A DNA stretch of 64,000 bases from Patescibacteria group bacterium. Lineage in GTDB: Bacteria; Patescibacteriota; Minisyncoccia; Phycocordibacterales; Phycocordibacteraceae. This document shows positions 56,384-64,000 of the stretch, piece by piece (positions within the stretch are counted from its first letter, which is position 1; each line of letters opens with the position of its first letter). The stretch lies in assembly GCA_040388985.1 (NCBI GenBank), contig JAZKAU010000003.1, forward strand, positions 110,896-174,895. Reading direction: 5' to 3'. The position numbers were made by a program, and so were the translations under genes. The notes under the pieces are model-generated. The model saw nothing but the letters and a program-made list of their open reading frames with translations, was not told the DNA's origin and did no database searches.

Positions 56384-57364
56384 ATGGCGACAACGAAGCA
56401 GCGGAGGGCTCTGGTATGCGGGGCAGGCGGTTTTATAGGAGGACATCTGGTGAAACGCCTCAAAGCTGAGGGATACTGGGTGCGAGGCGTTGATCTTAAG
56501 CATAACGAATACTCTGAGAGTCCAGCTGACGAATTCGTTATCGGCGACCTGCGTGACGTATCGGTATGTGATCGGGTGATAACGTCGGATATTGATGAGA
56601 TATACCAGCTCGCTGCCGATATGGGCGGCGCGGGATACATCTTCACGGGCGAGCATGACGCTGACGTGATGCATAACTCTGCGACTATCAACTTGAACGT
56701 AGCGTCTATCGCGGTCAAGAAAGGCATTGCCAAGATATTCTATTCGTCCTCAGCCTGTATATACCCCGAGCATAATCAGATGAATCCGGACGACCCGAAC
56801 TGCGAAGAATCCTCGGCGTATCCTGCAAATCCAGACAGTGAATACGGCTGGGAGAAACTCTTCAGCGAGCGCATGTATCTAGCCTATCACCGGAATTACG
56901 GCCTCAATGTCCGCATCGCGCGCTTTCATAATATCTTCGGCCCGGAAGGCACGTGGGATGGCGGTAAAGAGAAGGCACCTGCCGCTATGTGTCGCAAGGT
57001 AGCGGAGACGCCGGACGGCGGCGAGATTCAGATCTGGGGTGACGGCGAACAGACACGGTCGTTCCTCTATATAGATGAGTGTCTCGAAGGTGTACGGCGG
57101 CTCATGGAATCAGATTTTACCGGTCCCGTTAATATCGGTTCCGACGAGATGGTAACTATCAACCAGCTGGTCGAGATGGCAATGGACATCGCTGGCAAGC
57201 ATCTTGCTATCAAGCACATCGAGGGTCCCCTCGGCGTACGCGGGCGCAATTCCCATAACGAGCTCATCGAGAAGAAGATCGGCTGGCGGCCGACGCAGCC
57301 GCTTCGTGCAGGCCTTGAGAAGACCTATGTTTGGATAGCGGAGCAAGTAGCGGCGCGCCGTTAG
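56384..57364 (+). CDS. NAD-dependent epimerase, GDP-mannose 3',5'-epimerase-like
   Basis: GAGGFIG, QLAADMGGAGYI, SSSACIYP, YGWEK, RFHNIFGPEG.W.GGKEKAPAA.CRK and GVRGRNS. Confidence 0.85.
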   Translation: MATTKQRRALVCGAGGFIGGHLVKRLKAEGYWVRGVDLKHNEYSESPADEFVIGDLRDVSVCDRVITSDIDEIYQLAADMGGAGYIFTGEHDADVMHNSATINLNVASIAVKKGIAKIFYSSSACIYPEHNQMNPDDPNCEESSAYPANPDSEYGWEKLFSERMYLAYHRNYGLNVRIARFHNIFGPEGTWDGGKEKAPAAMCRKVAETPDGGEIQIWGDGEQTRSFLYIDECLEGVRRLMESDFTGPVNIGSDEMVTINQLVEMAMDIAGKHLAIKHIEGPLGVRGRNSHNELIEKKIGWRPTQPLRAGLEKTYVWIAEQVAARR

Positions 57365-57383
57365 CGGCGCGTACCATCACAGC

Positions 57384-58721
57384 GTGTCCACATCTACCTT
57401 CAGCCGCCTCCGCTCACGAATGCGTAGACACGTGGTCGCGGCGTGGGAGCATGAAGGATTCAAGAAATATTTCGCCAATACCGGGTGGCTATTCGCCGCG
57501 CGGATGATCTCGTACGCAGTGTCGTTCTTCACTATCGCCGTAGTGGCGCGCTACCTCGGTCCCGAAAACTACGGGAAGCTCAGCTATGCCCAGAGCTTCA
57601 TATCCCTATTCTCGATATTCGCCTCACTCGGCATAGATAATATCCTGTACCGCGATCTCATTGCGCATCCGGAAAAGGAGGAGGAACTGCTCGGCACCGC
57701 CATCGTCTCCCGACTCCTCTTCGGATGTCTGACCATAGCCGTCGCCGTCGTCGCCTCGCTCTGTCTTGATAGCGACAAGGTGCTTACCGCGATGATAGCG
57801 ATCATCTCGTTCACGTTCATCTTCCAACCCTTCACTTCGTTCAACACGTACTTGAACGCGAAGATAGCATCCAAGTACTACGCCTTCATATCCATCTTCG
57901 ATTCGTTCTTCATGGCGGGATTGAAGCTTGTATTCGTATACCTGGGCTTCGGAATACTGTATTTTGCCTCTCTGCTTCTGCTCGAAGCCATCTTGTTCGC
58001 AGGATACTATCTGGTCGTGTATGTCGTGCGCTTCAAGGGAAGCCTGGCACGACTCAGATTCTCCGCACGCACCTGCATGACGCTCTTCAAGGATTCCTGG
58101 CCGCTCCTGCTCGCCAGCGTCTCAAGCTATTTCTACGGCCGCATAGACCAGGTCATGATCCAATACTTCATGGACTCTGCCTCGGTCGGATTCTACGATG
58201 CTGCGATGCGGCTCACGGAAGTATGGATATTCTTCCCGTCCCTCATCATCAGCTCGATCTTTCCTGCTGTCGCCAATGCGTATCGCACGGATCTCACGCA
58301 GTACTATCAGCGATTCAAAGTACTCAGCCTTCTCACGCTCGCCTCCATGCTCTGCATCGTAGTGCCGGTCTTCCTCCTCGCGCCTCTCATCGTGCACTTC
58401 GTCTTCGGCAGCGCCTTCGCGCCTACTGCCGGCATCCTACGCATATATGTCTGGTCGGGCATCGGCATTACCTTCATCGCACTCGTGCAGAGCTACCTGG
58501 TCATAGAGAATCGTGGTAAACAGTTCTTCTTGATAACGTTCGCGGGCGCGCTCGCTAACATAGCGCTCAACCTATTCCTTATTCCGCACTACGGTATGGA
58601 TGGCGCGGCAATCGCGACGCTCCTTTCGTACGGCCTGATGGTCATAGCGTTCTGTGCATTCCGAGAGAATCGGGCCGGGCTACTCCAATTCGCACACAAA
58701 AAAGTACGGAATGCCTCATAG
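57384..58721 (+). CDS. Wzx-type polysaccharide flippase
   Basis: About 12 hydrophobic segments; ARYLGPENYG, RIDQVMI...VGFY and LIPHYGMDGAAIAT. Confidence 0.9.
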   Translation: MSTSTFSRLRSRMRRHVVAAWEHEGFKKYFANTGWLFAARMISYAVSFFTIAVVARYLGPENYGKLSYAQSFISLFSIFASLGIDNILYRDLIAHPEKEEELLGTAIVSRLLFGCLTIAVAVVASLCLDSDKVLTAMIAIISFTFIFQPFTSFNTYLNAKIASKYYAFISIFDSFFMAGLKLVFVYLGFGILYFASLLLLEAILFAGYYLVVYVVRFKGSLARLRFSARTCMTLFKDSWPLLLASVSSYFYGRIDQVMIQYFMDSASVGFYDAAMRLTEVWIFFPSLIISSIFPAVANAYRTDLTQYYQRFKVLSLLTLASMLCIVVPVFLLAPLIVHFVFGSAFAPTAGILRIYVWSGIGITFIALVQSYLVIENRGKQFFLITFAGALANIALNLFLIPHYGMDGAAIATLLSYGLMVIAFCAFRENRAGLLQFAHKKVRNAS

Positions 58722-58771
58722 CCCGGCTATCGACCGCGTGCTAGAGTTAGCTATCCAATCGAACCACTCGT

Positions 58772-59560
58772 ATGCACCCAACAGTACGCGCTACGCTCAT
58801 ACATCTCATGAACAAGGTCCCGGGCATCCTGGGCCTCTATCAGTTCCTCCGAGGCTTTACCCTGCTTCCCGGTTTCTATCGGGACTACCGCGCCTTTAAG
58901 AAGGCACAAGACCGGGGCGAGGCACGCTTTCCGCTGCGGAAGCGCGACTTCTTCCTGGCGCTTTTTGACAAGACGGGTCACACGCCGTTCGATCCGCATT
59001 ACATCTATCACCCAGCTTGGGCGGCGCGCGTCATCGCGGAGTCGAAACCTGCCAAGCACGTCGACATTGCATCGATTCTTTCCTTCTCCACTGTGGTATC
59101 GGCATTCGTGCCGACGGATTTCTACGACTACCGTCCGGCGCAAGTGACTCTTCCTGACTTCTCCGGCAAACGAGGAGACTTGCTCGCGCTTCCCTTTGAG
59201 GACAAGAGTATCGCCTCGCTCTCCTGCATGCATACGGTCGAACACGTGGGACTCGGCCGCTACGGCGATCCGATAGACCCTGACGGAGACCTGAAAGCTA
59301 TGGCTGAGCTTGCGCGCGTGCTTGCCATAGGCGGCAATCTCCTTTTCGTCGTTCCCGTGGGTGCGGCGCGCATAGAATTCAACGCGCATCGCGTATACAG
59401 CTACGAGCAAGTCATCTCCGGATTCTCCGGGCTCAGGCTTAAGGAATTTGCGCTCATTCCTGACAATTATAAGAAGCACGGCCTCATACGGGGAGCGGAC
59501 CCAGCCATGGTAGCTTCGCAGCGCTACGCCTGCGGCTGTTTCTTATTCACGAAAGACTGA
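58772..59560 (+). CDS. DUF268-type methyltransferase-like protein
   Basis: FDPHYIYHPAWAAR, HVDIAS and SLSCMHTVEHVGLGRYGDPIDPDGD. Confidence 0.8.
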   Translation: MHPTVRATLIHLMNKVPGILGLYQFLRGFTLLPGFYRDYRAFKKAQDRGEARFPLRKRDFFLALFDKTGHTPFDPHYIYHPAWAARVIAESKPAKHVDIASILSFSTVVSAFVPTDFYDYRPAQVTLPDFSGKRGDLLALPFEDKSIASLSCMHTVEHVGLGRYGDPIDPDGDLKAMAELARVLAIGGNLLFVVPVGAARIEFNAHRVYSYEQVISGFSGLRLKEFALIPDNYKKHGLIRGADPAMVASQRYACGCFLFTKD

Positions 59561-59567
59561 AATCCGC

Positions 59568-59609
59568 CTTCAAACAGCCGGCCACCTATAGGTGGCCGGC
59601 TGTTTGAAG
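59568..59609. repeat. 42-bp perfect palindrome between convergent genes
   Basis: cttcaaacagccggccaccta|taggtggccggctgtttgaag. Confidence 0.85.
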
Positions 59610-59632
59610 ATAGTCGCTCGCGAGTAACGTAA

Positions 59633-60886
59633 CTACCAGCCACGCAGAACCTGTACGCTCTCAGGGAACCGAAGATTCTCGTAGCCCGGCCATGGACAAC
59701 AGACCACCGCAAGCGCGAGATCTGTACGTTCGAACAGCTCGTCAAGGTCTTCTACATAGGTGAGATGCTCAAGTTCAGCGGGATTGTTGCGCGGGTTAGC
59801 GGCAAAGTCATGTACGAGCACATCATACCCATCTTTCTGCAGAGACTGAGCTAAGATAAGGCCGGCGGCCTCTTCCGTAATGTGCGTGTCCGGCTTGTAC
59901 GTAAGGCCAAGCACCGCAATGGCACCCTTCCCTTTTGGTACCATGCCTTCTACTTTCTTCTGCAGATCCTCATTGCTCATCGTATTCACCTGGTCGGTAG
60001 CTTCGGCAAGCGGAGCGACGACACCCTTCTGGCGCGCGACGTACGCGAGAAGACGATTATCGCGCGGGAAACAGGGACCGCCATAGCTAAGGCCGGCGCG
60101 GAGATATTTCTTGCCTATGCGAGTATCGCTTCCCAGCGCTTCGAGGATCGTATGGATATTGGCTCCAGGAAATTGATCGGCAATCATGCGGAGCTGATTC
60201 GTGAAGCTTATCTTCATGGTCACGAAGCTGTTGACCGATATCTTCGTGAGTTCCGCGCTCACGAGTGACATTCGCGCAATCGTCGGTTGGTTGCGGTTAT
60301 ACGAGCGATAAAGCGTTTCAAGCGCTTCTCCATATTTGGCATGCGACTCGCCGATGAGTACCATATCCGGTTCGAGCAAGCCGTTGACTACATTTCCGAG
60401 CGCAATGAATTCTGGATTGTAACAGAAACCGAAATCTACGCCGCACTTCCCTTCTAGCTCCTCTTCAATAGCGGGAATGAGTACCGACTCGCAGGAGCCA
60501 GGCGTGGTCGTTGAGCTGCAGACAAAGAGATGGTCCTTCTTTCCGGACGCGCGGAGCGCGCGAGCTACCGAACGCATAGCTTTTTCAAGATATTCATTCG
60601 AGAAGCTTCCGTCCGGAAGGCTTGGAGACGGCGTAATAAAGAATGTCACGTCGGAATGAACGAGATCTGCCGCATCAGTCGTAGCGCGCAAATGAGCATG
60701 TCCACTGGTGACGAATTCCTGCAGACGAGGCTCATCAACAGGTGCCTGGCCTGCGTTTATCTTAGCGACTTTCTCCGGGTCGATATCTAGCCCCACGACG
60801 TCATGTCCTGCGGCAGCAAACGTCGCGGCGATACACGCGCCGAGCTTTCCGAGTCCGCACACCGATATCTTTTCTATCTGTTTCAT
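59633..60886 (-). CDS. UDP-glucose/GDP-mannose dehydrogenase family protein
   Basis: GLGKLG, YNPEFIALG, AELTK...N, GLSYGGPCFPRD and LGLTYKPDT. Start MKQIEK at 60886. Confidence 0.9.
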   Translation of the reverse strand: MKQIEKISVCGLGKLGACIAATFAAAGHDVVGLDIDPEKVAKINAGQAPVDEPRLQEFVTSGHAHLRATTDAADLVHSDVTFFITPSPSLPDGSFSNEYLEKAMRSVARALRASGKKDHLFVCSSTTTPGSCESVLIPAIEEELEGKCGVDFGFCYNPEFIALGNVVNGLLEPDMVLIGESHAKYGEALETLYRSYNRNQPTIARMSLVSAELTKISVNSFVTMKISFTNQLRMIADQFPGANIHTILEALGSDTRIGKKYLRAGLSYGGPCFPRDNRLLAYVARQKGVVAPLAEATDQVNTMSNEDLQKKVEGMVPKGKGAIAVLGLTYKPDTHITEEAAGLILAQSLQKDGYDVLVHDFAANPRNNPAELEHLTYVEDLDELFERTDLALAVVCCPWPGYENLRFPESVQVLRGW

Positions 60887-60943
60887 TATTTTTTTCTTTA
60901 GTGGGAGATTTCTGTATACTATACCGAAGCGAAGAATCTGACT

Positions 60944-61813
60944 ATGATACTCACAAAAATCAGCGGGGGCATGGGAAACCAGATGTTCCAGTATGCGCTT
61001 GGCAGGGCGCTTTCCTTGCGCCATAGGGTGCCATTCAAGCTCGATATCACGGCCTTCGAGCACGTTTCGACGAACAAGTATTCGATACGGCATTTCGAGC
61101 TCTCTCACTTCTCTATAGCCGGCGGCATCGCTACGGCTCGGGAGATACAGAAGATGAAATACCCCTTAGGGAAGATCTCCCGCTACTGGCGCGGCATACG
61201 GGCACGTCTGTTTAAAGATACGAATATCCGCTTCAACTCGAAGATACTTGCGAGAAGGAGCGGTTATTTTGACGGATACTGGCAGTCGGAAGAGTACTTC
61301 AAGGAATATGCGGATGTTATCCGATCTGACTTCGCTCCCAAAGAACCCATGAGTGCCAGCGCTCAAGCGCTTGCGCACGAGTTAGTCTCGGCCGCCTTAC
61401 CTGTCTCGCTGCATATACGCCGGGGTGATAACGCGTACAACGCCGATAGCATGAAGAAATTCGGCATGCCTTCGATCGCCTATTACGAAACCGGTCCGTC
61501 GCTCATCGCCCAGAAGCTCGGCAGAGAAGACCTGCACGTATATATATTTTCGGACGATATCGACTGGGTCCGTGAGCACCTCCATCTGCACTTTCCGGTG
61601 ACATACGTATCTCAAGAAGGTATCGCCGACTGGGAAGAGGTCGTGCTCATGTCCCGCTGCGCGCATCACGTGATAGCCAATAGTACCTTCAGCTGGTGGG
61701 GCGCATGGCTTAATCCTTCTCCCGATAAAGTGGTGGTCGCGCCGTTGCACTGGGCCAATGTAGCGCCCCGAGAGTTCACAGACGTCATCCCCTCCTCTTG
61801 GATCCGAGCATAA
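60944..61813 (+). CDS. GT11 alpha-1,2-fucosyltransferase-like glycosyltransferase
   Basis: GGMGNQMFQYA, GYWQSE.YF, HIRRGD, FSDDIDW and IANSTFSWWGAWL. Confidence 0.92.
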   Translation: MILTKISGGMGNQMFQYALGRALSLRHRVPFKLDITAFEHVSTNKYSIRHFELSHFSIAGGIATAREIQKMKYPLGKISRYWRGIRARLFKDTNIRFNSKILARRSGYFDGYWQSEEYFKEYADVIRSDFAPKEPMSASAQALAHELVSAALPVSLHIRRGDNAYNADSMKKFGMPSIAYYETGPSLIAQKLGREDLHVYIFSDDIDWVREHLHLHFPVTYVSQEGIADWEEVVLMSRCAHHVIANSTFSWWGAWLNPSPDKVVVAPLHWANVAPREFTDVIPSSWIRA

Positions 61814-62909
61814 GAAGTACGTCGTTCTTACGCTCCCGGTGAAGGCTTGAATCCGTGGCCTTACGCCATCCGAAGGCGCGATAGTGATTGAAGACGAGCT
61901 CGTTTTCAGGAACATCCTTCATGCGCTCCCTGTTAACGATGACTTCATGCACACTCATCGCGTCAGCCTTCGGATGCAGGGTCGCTGCTATCTGCTTCGT
62001 CGGGCTCGTCGGTGCCGATTCGCTGTAGAGAAAGCTGCCAACCACTCCCTTGCTAGGTATATCCGCTAGCTCTGTATCCGAACCGCTGAAGAAATAGCCT
62101 TTGATACGCAAGAAAGGATATTTCGCATACCGCCGTATCACGTCAGGTATTGTCTCTCCCGCAGGTGAGTATATATATTCGTCGACGTCGGACATCAGCA
62201 GCCACTGGGTCTCGTTCGCGTACTTATAGAGCGCGTGGTGCATCTGCGGCACCTGCGTATACATATGCGAGTCAAGCGGCCAGAACGGCTTCATGAGATA
62301 GGGGTAGAGATGATACGGATAGGGCCACGAAATATAGGTGGCGATATTCCGATCGACGTACGGCGCGATCGCTTTCTTCACATTACCCTCTCCCGGTTCG
62401 TTATTGTCGTATATATAAAAATGTTCGACTCCCTCCTGACTATGATGCTCTATCCATTCAGCGAGGTATTCGCCTTCGTATTTGATGAGCGTCGTAACGG
62501 ACAAGAACGTGACTGGCGCCTTATCCGCTCTGTTCTCGAGAGTACCCGAGTGCAGTACCGCCCGCCCCCGGCGGACGGTTACCGTCACGTACTGCTCATG
62601 CCGGAGCGCGTCCGGCAGTAGGTAGAGCGCTATGAGACAGGATCGTTCCGGTTCGCGAACGAAGCGCACACGGCTTGAGTACTGCTTACTTCCTGCTGCG
62701 AAATCGCAGACCGAGCCTCGAAAAGCATTCTTGGCATAGTATGGAGTTATCACACAGACGCAGCCACCCGCTTTCTTAGTGACGAATACGTCATAGATAC
62801 GTGGCCCTTGCGTCAGATTCCGGAATAAGGTTCCTAGCTTCACTCCCCCGAACGTCATGAACGCGTATTTCCCATAGCGGTATGTCTTGGATAGTACGCG
62901 TGATATCAT
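61785..62909 (-). CDS. Glycosyltransferase family 92 / GT-A fold protein
   Basis: LSVTTLIKYE..YLAEWIEHH...GVEHFYIYDN, WLLMSDVDEY (DxD) and NHYR. Confidence 0.78.
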   Translation of the reverse strand: MISRVLSKTYRYGKYAFMTFGGVKLGTLFRNLTQGPRIYDVFVTKKAGGCVCVITPYYAKNAFRGSVCDFAAGSKQYSSRVRFVREPERSCLIALYLLPDALRHEQYVTVTVRRGRAVLHSGTLENRADKAPVTFLSVTTLIKYEGEYLAEWIEHHSQEGVEHFYIYDNNEPGEGNVKKAIAPYVDRNIATYISWPYPYHLYPYLMKPFWPLDSHMYTQVPQMHHALYKYANETQWLLMSDVDEYIYSPAGETIPDVIRRYAKYPFLRIKGYFFSGSDTELADIPSKGVVGSFLYSESAPTSPTKQIAATLHPKADAMSVHEVIVNRERMKDVPENELVFNHYRAFGWRKATDSSLHRERKNDVLLMLGSKRRG

Positions 62910-62974
62910 ATGGCTATTCTAGCGCATTCCTTTTCCCTCAGGAATTACGACGCTGAACCGCTATAGCCACCAAT

Positions 62975-63847
62975 ATGGTCATTACTGCTCTCAAGGGAGG
63001 ACTCGGAAATCAGCTGTTCCAATACGCGCTTGGGCGGAAGATATCGCTCCTACGGAGCGATATCTTCAAACTCGATATCGCAGGACTCGACCGCGCGCGG
63101 ACCGTTGGAGACATCTACCGCCCCTTCGCCCTTGGCGCTTTCGCCATACAGGCCAGTATTGCAACATCAGAAGAAGTCGAGAGACTGAAATACCCCTACG
63201 GAGTGCTATCGAAGGCTCTGCGTATATTCCGGGCGAAGATACTCCGTCAGTACCATGTGGGCTTCGAGCCCGACATACTGCGCCGCACCGGCGATCTCTA
63301 TCTCGACGGATATTGGCAATCACCCAAGTATTTCGAGGACATCCGTGGCACACTCCTCGAAGACTTTACGCTCATTGCTCCCCTTTCGGGTCCTGCAGAG
63401 GATTTGAAAGCTCGCATGCAAGCTACAAATTCAGTCTCGGTCCATGTACGGCGTGGAGACTATGTATCAGACCAGAGCGTCGCGCGCGTCAACGGCCCCT
63501 GTACGCTTTCCTACTACGAACGTGCGGTCAGCGAAGTGCGTAAGCGCATAGAGCACCCTACCTGGTTCGTTTTCTCGGACGATATCGATTGGGTGAAGGA
63601 GAATCTCGATCTGCCGGGAACCGTCATCTACGTCTCAGGGGAGGCGCAGAGCGATCAGGAAGAACTGATGCTCATGGCCGCCTGCTCGCACAACGTCATC
63701 GCAAATTCTACCTTCAGCTGGTGGGGTGCATGGCTCAACCAGAATCCTCAGAAAGTGGTCGTGGCTCCTACGCCGTGGTTCAACCTTCATAATGGTGCGT
63801 ACGCACACCTCATACCTTCCGCATGGATACAAGTACAAAAAGCCTAG
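62975..63847 (+). CDS. GT11 alpha-1,2-fucosyltransferase-like glycosyltransferase, second paralogue
   Basis: GGLGNQLFQYA, GYWQSPKYF, HVRRGDY, FSDDIDW and IANSTFSWWGAWL. Confidence 0.92.
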   Translation: MVITALKGGLGNQLFQYALGRKISLLRSDIFKLDIAGLDRARTVGDIYRPFALGAFAIQASIATSEEVERLKYPYGVLSKALRIFRAKILRQYHVGFEPDILRRTGDLYLDGYWQSPKYFEDIRGTLLEDFTLIAPLSGPAEDLKARMQATNSVSVHVRRGDYVSDQSVARVNGPCTLSYYERAVSEVRKRIEHPTWFVFSDDIDWVKENLDLPGTVIYVSGEAQSDQEELMLMAACSHNVIANSTFSWWGAWLNQNPQKVVVAPTPWFNLHNGAYAHLIPSAWIQVQKA

Positions 63848-64000
63848 GCTCCGGGCCGCTAGTAAGCGTGCTGATGCTCACCTATAATCGCGCGGACTTC
63901 ATCGGTCGTGCCATCGAGAGCGTGCTCGCGCAGACGCTCATCGATTGGGAGCTCATTATCGTTGACGACGGCTCGACCGATACCACGGCGGACGTCGTCG
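63823..64000 (+). CDS. Glycosyltransferase family 2 (5' part, runs off the window)
   Basis: Read manually: MDTSTKSLGSGPLVSVLMLTYNRADFIGRAIESVLAQTLIDWELIIVDDGSTDTT. Confidence 0.88.
   Translation, partial: MDTSTKSLGSGPLVSVLMLTYNRADFIGRAIESVLAQTLIDWELIIVDDGSTDTTADVV

Overview
This 64 kb window is bacterial chromosome, most likely from a Patescibacteria (CPR)/Parcubacteria genome. That assignment is inferred from gene content: a compact fba/pfkB/split-tkt/rpe/rpiB/gap cluster, a lone type IV pilin, a coiled-coil lytic transglycosylase, a CarS-like gene and giant surface proteins. In order, the window holds: (1) membrane/envelope genes, 1-3.2 kb; (2) rplY and a central-carbon cluster, 3.3-12 kb, containing a promoter-driven structured candidate ncRNA and a MITE-like insert; (3) a REP-associated HUH tyrosine transposase (RAYT) with four copies of its REP-like palindrome; (4) a 24.8 kb ORF (8258 aa) encoding an N-terminally anchored, phage-tail-fibre-like adhesin with a cytoplasmic Xis/MerR-type HTH, constant/variable modules, a 7-repeat LVIVD propeller, a peptidase-S74 autocleaving chaperone and an Ig-like C-terminus, preceded by a second membrane protein with the same type of HTH; (5) gatB, obgE, rnj, secA and murB interleaved with accessory genes (GNAT, FAD monooxygenase, DinJ-YafQ, orphan PemK-like, NUDIX/NDT); (6) a surface-glycan cluster (WaaL-like, FkbM, GME-like epimerase, Wzx, Ugd-like, two GT11, GT92-like, GT2). 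The best candidate for an undescribed system is the HTH-anchored fibre plus its HTH-TM partner, bracketed by RAYT-type REPs. Also notable are a shared putative RNA motif at two loci, pervasive leaderless gene starts and several unrelated long perfect palindromes. All calls were made by eye; no database search was run.
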